Assembly: GCA_016286235.1 (NCBI GenBank)
Contig: JAEESJ010000033.1
Location: 1-63,498 of the forward strand
Length of the DNA stretch: 63,498 nucleotides
Origin: Opitutales bacterium
Lineage (GTDB): Bacteria; Verrucomicrobiota; Verrucomicrobiia; Opitutales; UBA9783
Reading direction: 5' to 3'
The notes below the pieces were generated by a model, which saw only the letters and a program-made list of their open reading frames with translations, did no database searches and was not told the DNA's origin. Positions 9,655 to 19,164 of this stretch are shown piece by piece (within the stretch, counting starts at the first letter, position 1; each line of letters opens with the position of its first letter). The position numbers were made by a program, and so were the translations under genes.

Positions 9655-10596
9655 GTGAGAACGAACGGTAAAAACTTTATGTACAAGGAATCGGAAAATC
9701 TTTTTCGCCTTCTGATGAATAAGCAAATATATGCCATTTTAGATGGTGATACAAAATTTGAGAGTTATAAATTTAGCGATGATTGTGCCACGATACAAAT
9801 TGCCATGCCGTATATGCGTGGATCGGATTTATTGGAATTATGCGAGCTTTTTGAATGTAAATTATCCGAATACTATGAATGCTATAGTCGCTGGCAATAT
9901 CTCGCATGTTTATTTGAACACTGTATAGAAACGGATCGTTGTTCCGAACTTTTGGCACATCTCTTTGCAAAACAACAGTTTTCAAAAACGCTCTACTGGC
10001 ATGAAGTAAATGCGATCGAAGATGCATATAAAGTTATTGTAGATACAATTATCGCGAAAATTAATGGTATATTGTATTTCAGTAACAGTGAGCTGATTAG
10101 AATTGGAAATCAATTCTTTGTCAGAGAAAAATGGCTCAAAATCGAAATGCAAGCTCCAAAAATAAAAGCCGTTGATCGTGGATACATAAGGAGTATTGCC
10201 TCTCGTGCCATGGAAGACGTAGCGCGATACGATTTCGACAGTGCCATCACAAAATCGCGAACCTTACTTGAAGAAGTTTTTTGCACGGTGATTGAGCAAA
10301 AAAACGAAATCCCATCCAAAAGCGGAGATATGAAAAAATTATATAAGCAGGTTAAAGATTTATATCGCATGCACGCCAATGCGGGTACGGACAAAAGAAT
10401 CAACGAATTATTATCCGGATTAGAAAAAATCGTAACCTCTGTTTCCGAAATGAGAAACAAACACAGCGATGCACACGGCATCGGCAGGAAAAGAATTCGC
10501 ATAGATGAACATCATGCTCAGTTACTCGTAAATGCCGCAACTGCTATGGGAGACTTTGTTCTGTCAGTGGCAGAAAAACAGACACAACACAAATGA
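9655..10596 (+). CDS. Abi_C (AbiJ-like, HEPN-type) abortive-infection family protein
   Basis: The C-terminus LLSGLEKIVTSVSEMRNKHSDAHGIGRK..HHAQLLVNAATAMGDFVL matches the Abi_C signature (RN....[AD]HG, i.e. R-x6-H HEPN motif). The N-terminal ~230 aa are unrecognised. A+T-rich. The likely start may be ATG 9679 rather than GTG 9655. Confidence 0.7.
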   Translation: MRTNGKNFMYKESENLFRLLMNKQIYAILDGDTKFESYKFSDDCATIQIAMPYMRGSDLLELCELFECKLSEYYECYSRWQYLACLFEHCIETDRCSELLAHLFAKQQFSKTLYWHEVNAIEDAYKVIVDTIIAKINGILYFSNSELIRIGNQFFVREKWLKIEMQAPKIKAVDRGYIRSIASRAMEDVARYDFDSAITKSRTLLEEVFCTVIEQKNEIPSKSGDMKKLYKQVKDLYRMHANAGTDKRINELLSGLEKIVTSVSEMRNKHSDAHGIGRKRIRIDEHHAQLLVNAATAMGDFVLSVAEKQTQHK

Positions 10597-10772
10597 TGGA
10601 TTTTGCAGAAACCTACGCAGTGCGTTTTTTCTAAAAAAACCGCAAAAAGGTCAGGCTATAACAAATCACCGACCCTGACGACAATAAAACCGATATGTAT
10701 TAAAACAACACCAACTCTACCCTACCATACAGCAGAGCAACCGCACATAATTCCCGCCAAAAAAACCGTCCC

Positions 10773-10943
10773 CTACCCCTTTATCTCTTTATGCAGGGTG
10801 CGACGACGCAAAAACGGATTGTACTTCATCTTTTCGACTTTCTCCGTCTGCAACTTCTTGTTGCGCGTCGTCATATAGCGTGAAGGAGGCTTTCCTTCTT
10901 TGCGCGCTTCGGTGCATTCAATAATTACGGTTTCCCTAGGCAT
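10773..10943 (-). CDS. rpmG: 50S ribosomal protein L33
   Basis: 56-aa ORF, absent from the track because it is under 60 aa. My translation: [56 protein letters not shown]. Typical L33 layout (..Y.TT.NKK......E..KYNP..R.HTLHKE.K). Single Cys, so non-zinc form. Confidence 0.85.
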   Translation of the reverse strand: MPRETVIIECTEARKEGKPPSRYMTTRNKKLQTEKVEKMKYNPFLRRRTLHKEIKG

Positions 10944-11078
10944 GCTTCATAGGGAACGCGTTTTTGTCTTTGTTTCAAGACAAAAATACCGCATCCGTTC
11001 CCGAACGGTGAAAAACGACGTTTTAACGAAAAAAATCCGGGAACGCCCCGAACATCTTGTGTTTTAGCACTTCATAAA

Positions 11079-11360
11079 TCAGATAGCACTGTAGCCGTTG
11101 CGGGCATCTTCCTCCTGTTGCTCACAGATCAGCTTCTGCATGTCCTGCGTATAGCGACGTTGCGAAGCGATCATTTGGTCAAACATGTACCGCATGTTGG
11201 ATTCCTTCATTTTTTGTTGACGCTCCTCGGGCGTTAACGGCTTAACGTCGGTCTGCGATAAGGCGTTTTGTTCGGAAACGTTTCCCGAAACGGGAACTTC
11301 GGGTTCCAAGGCGAGTATTGCCGACGGTACATAACAGTTGTTGACGGATGAGATGGACAT
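11079..11360 (-). CDS. hypothetical small protein
   Basis: 93-aa ORF with a Q/E-rich C-terminal half. No family recognised. An A/T-rich 10-bp hairpin lies downstream at about 10957-10985. Confidence 0.4.
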   Translation of the reverse strand: MSISSVNNCYVPSAILALEPEVPVSGNVSEQNALSQTDVKPLTPEERQQKMKESNMRYMFDQMIASQRRYTQDMQKLICEQQEEDARNGYSAI

Positions 11361-11424
11361 AGGTTTTGAATTTGACTGTTTCCTTCGTATATCGTACGTT
11401 TTTTGTGTTTTATTCGTTGTTTTT

Positions 11425-12132
11425 ATGATCGAGGGTATCCGCGCATCGCAGTTGTTTCAAAACCTCCCCGTGCATTGGTCGTTTAAGGAAGTTTTTTCCT
11501 CGGAACAACCGATACACACATGGATCCCGTTAATTGCGAAGGAACTGCGGCAGTTTTTCGCAAAATGCAAACCGTCGCAACGTATTCACAGCGAACTTCC
11601 GCTGCACCTTTTCGTCACGGGCGATGTTTATATCGGTCGGAACGTTTCCCTGCCGTCGTTCGGAACCATCGAAGGTCCCGCTTATATTGATGATGATTGT
11701 ATTTTGCGCCCAAGCGTATATATTCGCGGGAACGTTATCGTCGGTCGGAATTGCGTTTTGGGCAATTCCTGCGAATTTAAAAACTCTCTCCTCCTGGAAC
11801 ACGTTCAAGTGCCGCATTTCAACTACGTCGGTGATTCGATTTTAGGCAACGGTGCGCATCTGGGAGCGGGATGCATTTTGTCAAATTTGCGCCTGGATCA
11901 AAAACCCGTGTGCATGCAAACGCCGACAGGAGAATTAATCCAGACGGGATTGCGGAAACTCGGCGCCGTATTGGGCGACGGAGCGCAGGCGGGATGCAAT
12001 TCGGTGTTGCAGCCGGGTTCTTGTTTATTCCCGAACGCCGTCGTTTATCCGTGCGAATCTTTTAAAGGAACGCGCCTTGCCAAAACAGCCAAAGAAGGTC
12101 TTTTCCGAACGGACAAAAATTCGTTACAATAA
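11425..12132 (+). CDS. hexapeptide-repeat (left-handed beta-helix) transferase, GlmU-C-terminal-like
   Basis: Repeated [LIV]-G-x-x-x-x hexapeptides (IGRNVSL, IRGNVIVGRNCVLGNSCEF, VGDSILGNGAHLGAGCIL). ATG 11425 (MIEGIR) is preferred over TTG 11338, which overlaps the divergent gene. Confidence 0.65.
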   Translation: MIEGIRASQLFQNLPVHWSFKEVFSSEQPIHTWIPLIAKELRQFFAKCKPSQRIHSELPLHLFVTGDVYIGRNVSLPSFGTIEGPAYIDDDCILRPSVYIRGNVIVGRNCVLGNSCEFKNSLLLEHVQVPHFNYVGDSILGNGAHLGAGCILSNLRLDQKPVCMQTPTGELIQTGLRKLGAVLGDGAQAGCNSVLQPGSCLFPNAVVYPCESFKGTRLAKTAKEGLFRTDKNSLQ

Positions 12133-12157
12133 AGGAACAAAAATGCAATAAACCGCC

Positions 12158-13543
12158 ATGCCCGATCTTATCCAGGAACATCCGATTGCGAGCAAGTTGG
12201 ATCAATATACCTTCGAGGATTTAACTCATCTTGCGGAGGACGATTACCTCTCGCTGGATGCGGAAAAGCTGGCGCGGACGTCGCCGCACGAAATCGGTTT
12301 ATTCCTGGAACGTCTGACCGTCGAAGAACAGCGAAAATTCCTGCAACGTTTATCGGAAAAAAATGCTTCCAACGTTTTGGCGGAAATGGACGCGGAAAAT
12401 TCCGCCGAGGTACTGAGTGCCATGCGGGAATTTCGTGCGGCGCGCATTATCGAACTGCTGGATCCCGACGACGCCGCCGATTTGGTCAGCAAGCTGGATG
12501 AAAGCGATCGTATCCGTCTGCTGTCCCGCATCAAACCCGACCGCGCGTTTGTGTTGCGCAAACTGTTGCGTTACGATCCAAATACCGCCGGCGGTGTCAT
12601 GACGCCCGAAGTCGTCACGTTGCGCGAGACCTGGAACATCGGCGAAGCCTTGGAACACATTCGGAAAATTCCGAAGAAAATCGAAAACGTCTACAATTTG
12701 TACGTTACGGACGAAGATAATCGACTTTTGGGGCTGACAACGTTGCGAAATCTCGTTTTTTCCGAACCGACCAAGCGTGTTTGCGACATCATGAACACGC
12801 AAATCCAAGCCATCGCCTGCCTGCCCGAAACAGACAAAAATGCGGTTGCCAATACCATGGCGGAATACAACGTCATGGATATTCCGATTGTGGACGAGCA
12901 AAACCGCCTGTTGGGTTGCGTCACCCACGACGATGTTCTGGATATCGTGCAGGAAGCGGCGACGGCGGATTTACAACAACTGCACGGTGCCGGAGCCGAC
13001 GAAAGCATCCACGACGGCATTTGGTACAGCGTCAAAAAGCGCAACCCCTGGTTGTTTATCAATCTCATTCTTGCCTTTTTATCCGCCTACATCATTTCCC
13101 GTTTCGGTTCCGTCATCGAACAAATGAGTTGGATGGCGGCATTCATGACCGTCATCGCCAATCTCGGCGGCAACACCGGCGCGCAAACGTTGGCGGTCGC
13201 CATCCGCGGACTGGCACTCGGGGAATTTCAAAAAGGCGATGGTTTGGGCATTTGCGGCAAAGAGCTCTTAAAGGGGCTTGTGAACGGACTTTTCATCGGT
13301 TTTTCGGGCGGTCTCATCGCAACCTGCATGATGCATAACGCCCTGATGGGTTTCACGGTGTTTCTGGCAATGGTCTTAACCATGGTGCTTTCGGGATTTT
13401 TTGCCGCCTTCATTCCCATCGTCCTGAAACATTTCAAATGCGACCCTGCCCAAAGTTCCTACATTTTTCTCACCGCTTTCACCGACATCGCCGGGCTTTT
13501 TATCTTTCTGAAACTCGGCACCTGTCTGCTGTTGCATCAGTGA
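12158..13543 (+). CDS. mgtE: magnesium transporter MgtE
   Basis: 461 aa. N-domain plus tandem CBS region plus 5-TM C-terminal domain (..GGNTGAQTLAVAIRGLALGE.., ..FTDIAGLFIFL..). Confidence 0.9.
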   Translation: MPDLIQEHPIASKLDQYTFEDLTHLAEDDYLSLDAEKLARTSPHEIGLFLERLTVEEQRKFLQRLSEKNASNVLAEMDAENSAEVLSAMREFRAARIIELLDPDDAADLVSKLDESDRIRLLSRIKPDRAFVLRKLLRYDPNTAGGVMTPEVVTLRETWNIGEALEHIRKIPKKIENVYNLYVTDEDNRLLGLTTLRNLVFSEPTKRVCDIMNTQIQAIACLPETDKNAVANTMAEYNVMDIPIVDEQNRLLGCVTHDDVLDIVQEAATADLQQLHGAGADESIHDGIWYSVKKRNPWLFINLILAFLSAYIISRFGSVIEQMSWMAAFMTVIANLGGNTGAQTLAVAIRGLALGEFQKGDGLGICGKELLKGLVNGLFIGFSGGLIATCMMHNALMGFTVFLAMVLTMVLSGFFAAFIPIVLKHFKCDPAQSSYIFLTAFTDIAGLFIFLKLGTCLLLHQ

Positions 13544-13690
13544 AATTTCATTCCTTTTTGCGATTATATTCCGAAACCGGGTGATGTGACTCCATTATCG
13601 TTCAAATGATGTTTAATTTCTACGAAAAACATAAAATACTTCTTTTTTTTCATGAGTTCTTTAGCGTAGAAATCACATCCGTCATCGATC

Positions 13691-14701
13691 ATGGATAACG
13701 AACCTTCTTTTCAAACCGTCCAAACCGTCAAACAACTGGAGAACGGCGCACCGTTTAAGACCGTCGTCGCCGTCCGTCGCATCCATAAAAAAGTCGGAAA
13801 AACGGGCAATCCGTTTCTGCAAATCGAAGTCGGCGATGCGATCGATACCTTCACGTTTAATTGCTTCGACGGAACCGCGCCGTTCCTCTTTTTCCAAAAA
13901 ACCGCTTCCAAATGCCCGCAAATCATCATTATTGAGGGCTTTATCGAGTTTTATGCCGACAAATTGAGCCCGCGCATCAAGAGCGTTTGGGATATTCCCG
14001 AGGAACAATACGAAGCGTACTTGCCGAAAGTTATTGAAACGCCCGAAGAACCTTTGGAGGAATTGCAGGCAGAACTGACGAAACTCGTTGAAACCATCCG
14101 ATGCCACGCCCTGCGCGCAACCGTTCGGCAGGTTTTTGAGGAACTCGGCGAACAATTCACAAACAGTGTTGCGGCGGTTTCGATGCACCATGCCTACATT
14201 CATGGTCTTTTGGAACATACGGTACACGTCACGCGCGTCGTCCTGGCACTGTTACCGCTATATACGGAGGTGAATGCGGATTTGGCAATCGCGGGCGCGC
14301 TTTTGCACGATGTCGGGAAGGTTTTGGAATATCACTACACCGCAACCGACGGCATCGATCGCACCGACATCGGACGCTTGCAGGGACACGTCATTCTCGG
14401 TTACCGTCTCACCCGCAGTGCGGCTTTAAAAAATCATCTTCATCCGACTTGGCTGGAACAGCTGGAACACATCGTTTTATCGCACCAGGGCGAACCCGAA
14501 TGGGGCGCCGCCGTGTACCCAGCAACCGCGGAAGCCGTTCTCGTCAGCCTGGCGGACAACGCCGACGCCCGCATGGGAATGGTGCATCAACAACTGAAAA
14601 AAGCTGTTCCGACACAGACATTTTCGGATTTTGTGCCGGGATTGGAGACGCGGTTGTATACGGGGGTATTGCCGAAAATGGAGGGAACGGGAGAAATTTG
14701 A
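13691..14701 (+). CDS. OB-fold + HD-domain phosphohydrolase (YhaM-like 3'-5' exoribonuclease family)
   Basis: N-terminal OB-like segment (..KKVGKTGNPFLQIEVGD..) followed by HD signature (..HHAYIHGLLEHT..LLHDVGKVLEY..). Confidence 0.6.
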   Translation: MDNEPSFQTVQTVKQLENGAPFKTVVAVRRIHKKVGKTGNPFLQIEVGDAIDTFTFNCFDGTAPFLFFQKTASKCPQIIIIEGFIEFYADKLSPRIKSVWDIPEEQYEAYLPKVIETPEEPLEELQAELTKLVETIRCHALRATVRQVFEELGEQFTNSVAAVSMHHAYIHGLLEHTVHVTRVVLALLPLYTEVNADLAIAGALLHDVGKVLEYHYTATDGIDRTDIGRLQGHVILGYRLTRSAALKNHLHPTWLEQLEHIVLSHQGEPEWGAAVYPATAEAVLVSLADNADARMGMVHQQLKKAVPTQTFSDFVPGLETRLYTGVLPKMEGTGEI

Positions 14702-14813
14702 TAATTTTTTCACAAAACCTCGCTTATTTCCGTCATTCCCGACAAACGCCTCTATTCCCGGTACCCTCAAAAACCCATTGCCACCCTCACCTTTTTCCTA
14801 AACAATAGCTCTG

Positions 14814-15542
14814 GTGGAAGAGCGGTTGCAGAAGGTGCTCGCGCGCGTGTACGGAATTTCCAGGCGACATGCGGAGGAAATGATTGCCGACGGAACGGTC
14901 TGCATCAACGGCGAAACGGCGCACCTCGGCAGTAAAATTGATTGTGCGAAAGATACACTGACGGTCGGGCAAAAGAAGTTGCAACCGCACCTGTTGCAGT
15001 CGCAGAATTCCCAAGAGGTTTGGATGTTGTTCAAGCCGAAAGGCGTTATCTGCACGCACGATGCTCCGTTGGCACGCAATACGCTGGAGGCGTACGTTCC
15101 GCCCGTTTTGCGACGTCAAAAGTGGATGTTCATCGGTCGTCTGGACAAAGACAGCGAAGGGTTGCTGTTGCTGACCAACGACGGGCAGCTGGTGCAACGC
15201 GTAGCCCATCCGTCATCGGGTATCGGAAAAGTCTACCGCGTGCATTTGGATAAAGCGTTCGATTTGTCGATTTGCAACGAGTTAAAACAGGGACGCACCT
15301 GCCAGGGCGAACATTTAAGTTTCAAGTCCGTTCATGTCGTCAATTCCCACAAAATCGACGTTACGTTGGGACAGGGCAAAAAGCGCGAAATTCGTCGATT
15401 ATTATTTTCATTCGGCTATGAAGTGTTAAAATTGAAGCGTTGGAAAATCGGCGCACTGGTGCTCGACAAAAAGCTGGCACCGGGACAATCGCGCCGTTTG
15501 TCCGCAAAAGAGGTAAAGCAGATTTTTGGAAAAGCATGCTGA
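14814..15542 (+). CDS. RsuA/RluB-family pseudouridine synthase
   Basis: S4 domain (LQKVLARVYGISRRHAEEMIADGTVCINGE) plus catalytic motif GRLDKDSEGLLLLTNDG. GTG start. Confidence 0.85.
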   Translation: MEERLQKVLARVYGISRRHAEEMIADGTVCINGETAHLGSKIDCAKDTLTVGQKKLQPHLLQSQNSQEVWMLFKPKGVICTHDAPLARNTLEAYVPPVLRRQKWMFIGRLDKDSEGLLLLTNDGQLVQRVAHPSSGIGKVYRVHLDKAFDLSICNELKQGRTCQGEHLSFKSVHVVNSHKIDVTLGQGKKREIRRLLFSFGYEVLKLKRWKIGALVLDKKLAPGQSRRLSAKEVKQIFGKAC

Positions 15543-15925
15543 GGGTTGTTGCGATTTTTTGGATTCTTTGTTTCGGGTTCGGTTCATTTTCGGTTCAAGC
15601 GAAACCGTCGCGCGGTGATAAAAGCTCCGTAACATCCGAAAAAACGACCAAAACGTTGTCATCCGTTCGAAACTTCGAAGGCATCATTAAAACGGTCGGT
15701 TTTTTTGATAAAATGTCCTTTTGGTGGCAGGATTTGAAGGATGTGCATTATTGCTTGTGCGACAAAAAGGGCAAACCAATCGCGTTTTTAAAATCACCGC
15801 AGGACGTTCGCAAAGCGCATCAGTTAAAAACGCTCGTTCATCGCAATGTCTGTATCAAAGGCGTCCCGCAGTACATTAACAAAGAGCCGTATCTCCTAAT
15901 TTTGGTCGAAGATGTGTGCCCGTAA
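15536..15925 (+). CDS. small secreted hypothetical protein
   Basis: The in-frame ATG at 15536 gives MLRVVAIFWILCFGFGSFSVQA, a signal peptide. The longer track ORF (15440) would overlap the rluB-like gene. Confidence 0.5.
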   Translation: MLRVVAIFWILCFGFGSFSVQAKPSRGDKSSVTSEKTTKTLSSVRNFEGIIKTVGFFDKMSFWWQDLKDVHYCLCDKKGKPIAFLKSPQDVRKAHQLKTLVHRNVCIKGVPQYINKEPYLLILVEDVCP

Positions 15926-16796
15926 CACGCGGATTTTATTCGGGAAGCCTGTTGCGGATGCGATTTTGGCGTCCGTGAAGGAGGAAGTTTCCACTTTAAA
16001 AGGGCGTCCGCCGTCGGTTGTTTTTCTGCGCGTCGGAAGCGACGGTGCTTCCGTTTCCTACGTTAAACAAAAGGCAAAATGCGCGTCCGAAGTCGGCATT
16101 CAAGGCGAAACACGCGTTTTCGACGCGGAAACAACGGAAGAACGACTTTTGGCGGAAATTATCCGCTTAAACGAAGAGCCGAACGTCGACGGCATTTTGG
16201 TTCAGTTGCCGTTGCCAAACCACATCCATACCCTCAACATCCTTTGCGCCGTTAACCCGAGAAAAGACGTGGACGGCTTTACCGACGTCAACGGCGGTCG
16301 TTTATGGCAAGGCGACGGTTCTCTGATACCGTGTACACCGGCAGGAATTATTGAACTTTTAAAGTATTATCATATCACAACCGAGGGCAAACAGGTTGTC
16401 ATCGTCAATCGCAGTTCCATTGTCGGGAAACCGTTGGCGGCATTATTGTTGCGACATTCGGAATTCGGGAATGCCACCGTCACCGTTTGCCATTCGTACA
16501 CGCAAAATTTGTCCGACATCACCCGACAAGCCGATATTTTGGTACTTGCCTGCGGGAAACCGCATCATTTCGGGCGTGATTACGTGAAAGAAGGCGCCGT
16601 CGTCATCGATGTCGGCATTTCGCGCGTCCCTGCCGATAACAAACGCGGGTACATAATTCGGGGCGATGCGGACGCCGAAACATTGGAAGGATATGTGAGC
16701 GCGATCACACCCGTCCCGGGAGGCATCGGACCGCTGACGGTTGCGATGTTGATGAAAAATACGCTACAATCGTACTACTTATGTCAAAGTCACTAA
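15912..16796 (+). CDS. folD: bifunctional methylenetetrahydrofolate dehydrogenase/cyclohydrolase
   Basis: 294 aa. ..SYVKQKAKCA.., ..DGILVQLPLP.., ..VVIVNRSSIVGKPLAALLL.., ..PVPGGIGPLTVAMLM.. are typical FolD blocks. Confidence 0.93.
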   Translation: MCARNTRILFGKPVADAILASVKEEVSTLKGRPPSVVFLRVGSDGASVSYVKQKAKCASEVGIQGETRVFDAETTEERLLAEIIRLNEEPNVDGILVQLPLPNHIHTLNILCAVNPRKDVDGFTDVNGGRLWQGDGSLIPCTPAGIIELLKYYHITTEGKQVVIVNRSSIVGKPLAALLLRHSEFGNATVTVCHSYTQNLSDITRQADILVLACGKPHHFGRDYVKEGAVVIDVGISRVPADNKRGYIIRGDADAETLEGYVSAITPVPGGIGPLTVAMLMKNTLQSYYLCQSH

Positions 16797-17341
16797 ATCA
16801 AACGCAAACGCCACTCTTACCGCCGCCGGCACCGATGTTAAAACGCCTGTCAGCGGCACTGTTGGACGGTCTGTTTCAGATTATCCTTATAGTTCCTCTC
16901 GTATTCCTGATTCTTTGGCTTCTTTACCCGGATATTTTTGATCGAACCAACGATCCGGAACCGCTCGAGTACCTGCCACTGTGTTTGAGCGTATTGTTGC
17001 TCGTATTGGGATATTATGTCATCGGCGGTTGTATTTTTCACGGCAACACGCCGGGGAAACAAATTCTCGGGTTGCGCGTTTTGAAACTGCCGCAACTAAA
17101 ACCGCTGACCTTCGTTGATATCGTCTTTCGATCGGTAATGTTTATGCTTTTTTGTTACATACGCCCCGTCTTTTGGTTAAACTGCCTTTGGACGTGCTTC
17201 CGTAAGCAACACCGCAGTTTGCATGATCTGTGTTGCCGGACATATGTTACGAATCGCGAAACTGCGGAACAGGTCGGTGATACCGTTCGCACGGTTGTTC
17301 AACCGGAAGGATCGGAGAAAAGTGCAGATCGTTCCGAATAA
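16781..17341 (+). CDS. RDD-family membrane protein (paralogue 1)
   Basis: ..RLSAALLDGLFQ.., ..GNTPGKQILGLRVLKLP.., ..HRSLHDLCCRTYV.. show the RDD-domain pattern. Confidence 0.7.
   Translation: MSKSLNQTQTPLLPPPAPMLKRLSAALLDGLFQIILIVPLVFLILWLLYPDIFDRTNDPEPLEYLPLCLSVLLLVLGYYVIGGCIFHGNTPGKQILGLRVLKLPQLKPLTFVDIVFRSVMFMLFCYIRPVFWLNCLWTCFRKQHRSLHDLCCRTYVTNRETAEQVGDTVRTVVQPEGSEKSADRSE
17072..17112 (+). repeat. 41-nt block, copy 1 (39/41 identical to 17737..17777)
   Basis: ttgcgcgttttgaaactgccgcaactaaaaccgctgacctt versus ttgcgcgttctgaaactgccgcaacttaaaccgctgacctt. Encodes LRVLKLPQLKPLTF in both RDD paralogues. Confidence 0.9.
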
Positions 17342-17388
17342 TATGTCCGCACACTCGCCCCGCACTTTTCGCATATGCCCGTAAATCC

Positions 17389-18024
17389 GTGAAACACACT
17401 TCTCTTTTGCCGCCGGCACCGCTCACGCAACGCATGTTGGCGATGCTGTGCGATTTGATTTTGCTTTTTCTGTTGAATGTCTTCATCGTCGGGAAGTTAT
17501 GGCTACCGCTTTATCACGCGGAGGCGATGACGCAGTTTCAAATCCTGATCGAAACCTACTCGCTTCAACTGCTTCAGGGTCACGCAGGCGGATTTTTTGC
17601 GGAACTTAAAAACAGTCCCGAACTGTTGCACATGTTCCAATCGCTCGATTGGGTTTTATTTTGGCTCGCCTGGGGATATTACGCCATCAACGGTTGTTTT
17701 TTTCAGGGCGGCACGCTCGGAAAACAAATTTTCAATTTGCGCGTTCTGAAACTGCCGCAACTTAAACCGCTGACCTTTTTTGATAACGTTTGGCGTTCGG
17801 GAACGTTTATTTTCTTTCTGCTGACGGGATTTCCGTTTTTGGCGGCATTGGATTTCTTCTGGATGTGCATTCACAGACAACATCGCGGGTTGCACGATTT
17901 GTTCTGCCAAACATACGTCGTAAATTGCACGCTGTTGGAGCAAATTCAGGGACAAATCGGCGAAGCGGTGCGCTCGGTACTTCAATCGGAAAAATCGAAA
18001 GAAAATACGGAAAAATCCGAATAA
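17389..18024 (+). CDS. RDD-family membrane protein (paralogue 2)
   Basis: ..RMLAMLCDLILL.., ..GGTLGKQIFNLRVLKLP.., ..HRGLHDLFCQTYV.. Tandem to paralogue 1. Confidence 0.7.
   Translation: MKHTSLLPPAPLTQRMLAMLCDLILLFLLNVFIVGKLWLPLYHAEAMTQFQILIETYSLQLLQGHAGGFFAELKNSPELLHMFQSLDWVLFWLAWGYYAINGCFFQGGTLGKQIFNLRVLKLPQLKPLTFFDNVWRSGTFIFFLLTGFPFLAALDFFWMCIHRQHRGLHDLFCQTYVVNCTLLEQIQGQIGEAVRSVLQSEKSKENTEKSE
17737..17777 (+). repeat. 41-nt block, copy 2
   Basis: See copy 1. Confidence 0.9.
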
Positions 18025-18042
18025 GGCGGAAAGTTACGGTTT

Positions 18043-18993
18043 CTAAACTTGCCTGCTTTGTTCAATTTGCCGCAGTACCGCTTCGGCAACGGCTTGAGGC
18101 GAAACGTTCCTCAAATCCCCATTCTCTGCTTGCAAGATACAATGTTCCGCCGTCGGATACGGTCCGGAACGTTGTCCGTTCGTGGGTCCGTAAATACCGA
18201 CCAGCGGTTTTTTCAACGCCGCCGCCAAATGCACGGGTCCGCTGTCGTTGGCAACCACGCATCGCGCCGATTGAATGAGCGTCGGCAAATCCGATAAACG
18301 CGTTTGTCCGATAAAATTCATAAAACGCGGATGTTGCGGCACGTCGTTCGGCACTCGTTGCCCGATCCAAACGCAACAATACGGTGTTTGTGTCAACAGC
18401 AGTCGCGTTAATTCGGGAAAAAACGGCCATTCCTTTTCAATACGCCCGCTGTTCGGAAACAGCAAAATCGCGTCTTTTTCGAATGGGAAATGCCAACTTT
18501 GCATTTTTAACGTCAATGGTCTTTGCGGTTGGGAATTCAATCCTAACGGCATTAAAAGCGATTGCAAAATATCCACCTCGTGAAACGGAGCAAAAGTCGG
18601 CATGAAGGTTTTTTTATAAAAAAACCGCGAACCTTCGCGCGCATTACCGCGCCCGATTTTCTCCGTCGCTTTTGCGAAAAACGTCATCAGTCCCGTTCGC
18701 AACAACCCCTGTCCGTCAATGAGATAATCGTAGTTGTACGCATGTATCTCTCGCATGAGACGCAAAAATCCTCGTATCCCGCCGTGACGTTCAAAAATGA
18801 AAAACTTCGAAACAACGGGACTTAAACGCAAAAATTCCGCAAAACAATCGCGAATAATCCAATGAATATCTAAAAAAATGCCGTTTTTCTCTGCCGTGTG
18901 ATACAAACCTTCCACCACCTGCAACATTTGGACGACATCTCCGAACGCCGACGGTTTGATGATTAAAATTCTGTATTTTCGAGATGGTTGCAT
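18043..18993 (-). CDS. glycosyltransferase family 9 (LPS heptosyltransferase-like)
   Basis: 316 aa. N-terminus ILIIKPSAFGDVVQ and C-terminal ..NDSGPVHLAAAL..P.VGIYGPT.. are typical of WaaC/WaaF-type GT9 enzymes. Confidence 0.8.
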   Translation of the reverse strand: MQPSRKYRILIIKPSAFGDVVQMLQVVEGLYHTAEKNGIFLDIHWIIRDCFAEFLRLSPVVSKFFIFERHGGIRGFLRLMREIHAYNYDYLIDGQGLLRTGLMTFFAKATEKIGRGNAREGSRFFYKKTFMPTFAPFHEVDILQSLLMPLGLNSQPQRPLTLKMQSWHFPFEKDAILLFPNSGRIEKEWPFFPELTRLLLTQTPYCCVWIGQRVPNDVPQHPRFMNFIGQTRLSDLPTLIQSARCVVANDSGPVHLAAALKKPLVGIYGPTNGQRSGPYPTAEHCILQAENGDLRNVSPQAVAEAVLRQIEQSRQV

Positions 18994-19150
18994 GAATTGC
19001 CTGCCTGCTTGACAGAGTAACAGGTTCTATTTGAACAGACAATATCCGTACCGATTTTACATCGGACATTGCAATACCGACAAAAAAGCGTCATTGTTTT
19101 TGATTTTTTACAAAAATTGTCCCAAAAACCGCTTAAATGCCTCGAGTCGT

Positions 19151-19160
19151 CCCCCCCCCC
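19151..19160. repeat. homopolymeric C10 (G10 on the minus strand)
   Basis: Exactly ten C between t19150 and g19161. Intergenic, on the promoter-distal side of the heptosyltransferase upstream region. Confidence 0.95.
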
Positions 19161-19164
19161 GCGG

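Noticed and set aside
12133-12157. Possible M-box (Mg2+) riboswitch ahead of mgtE
   Set aside because: The intergenic spacer is only 25 nt, leaving no room for an M-box.
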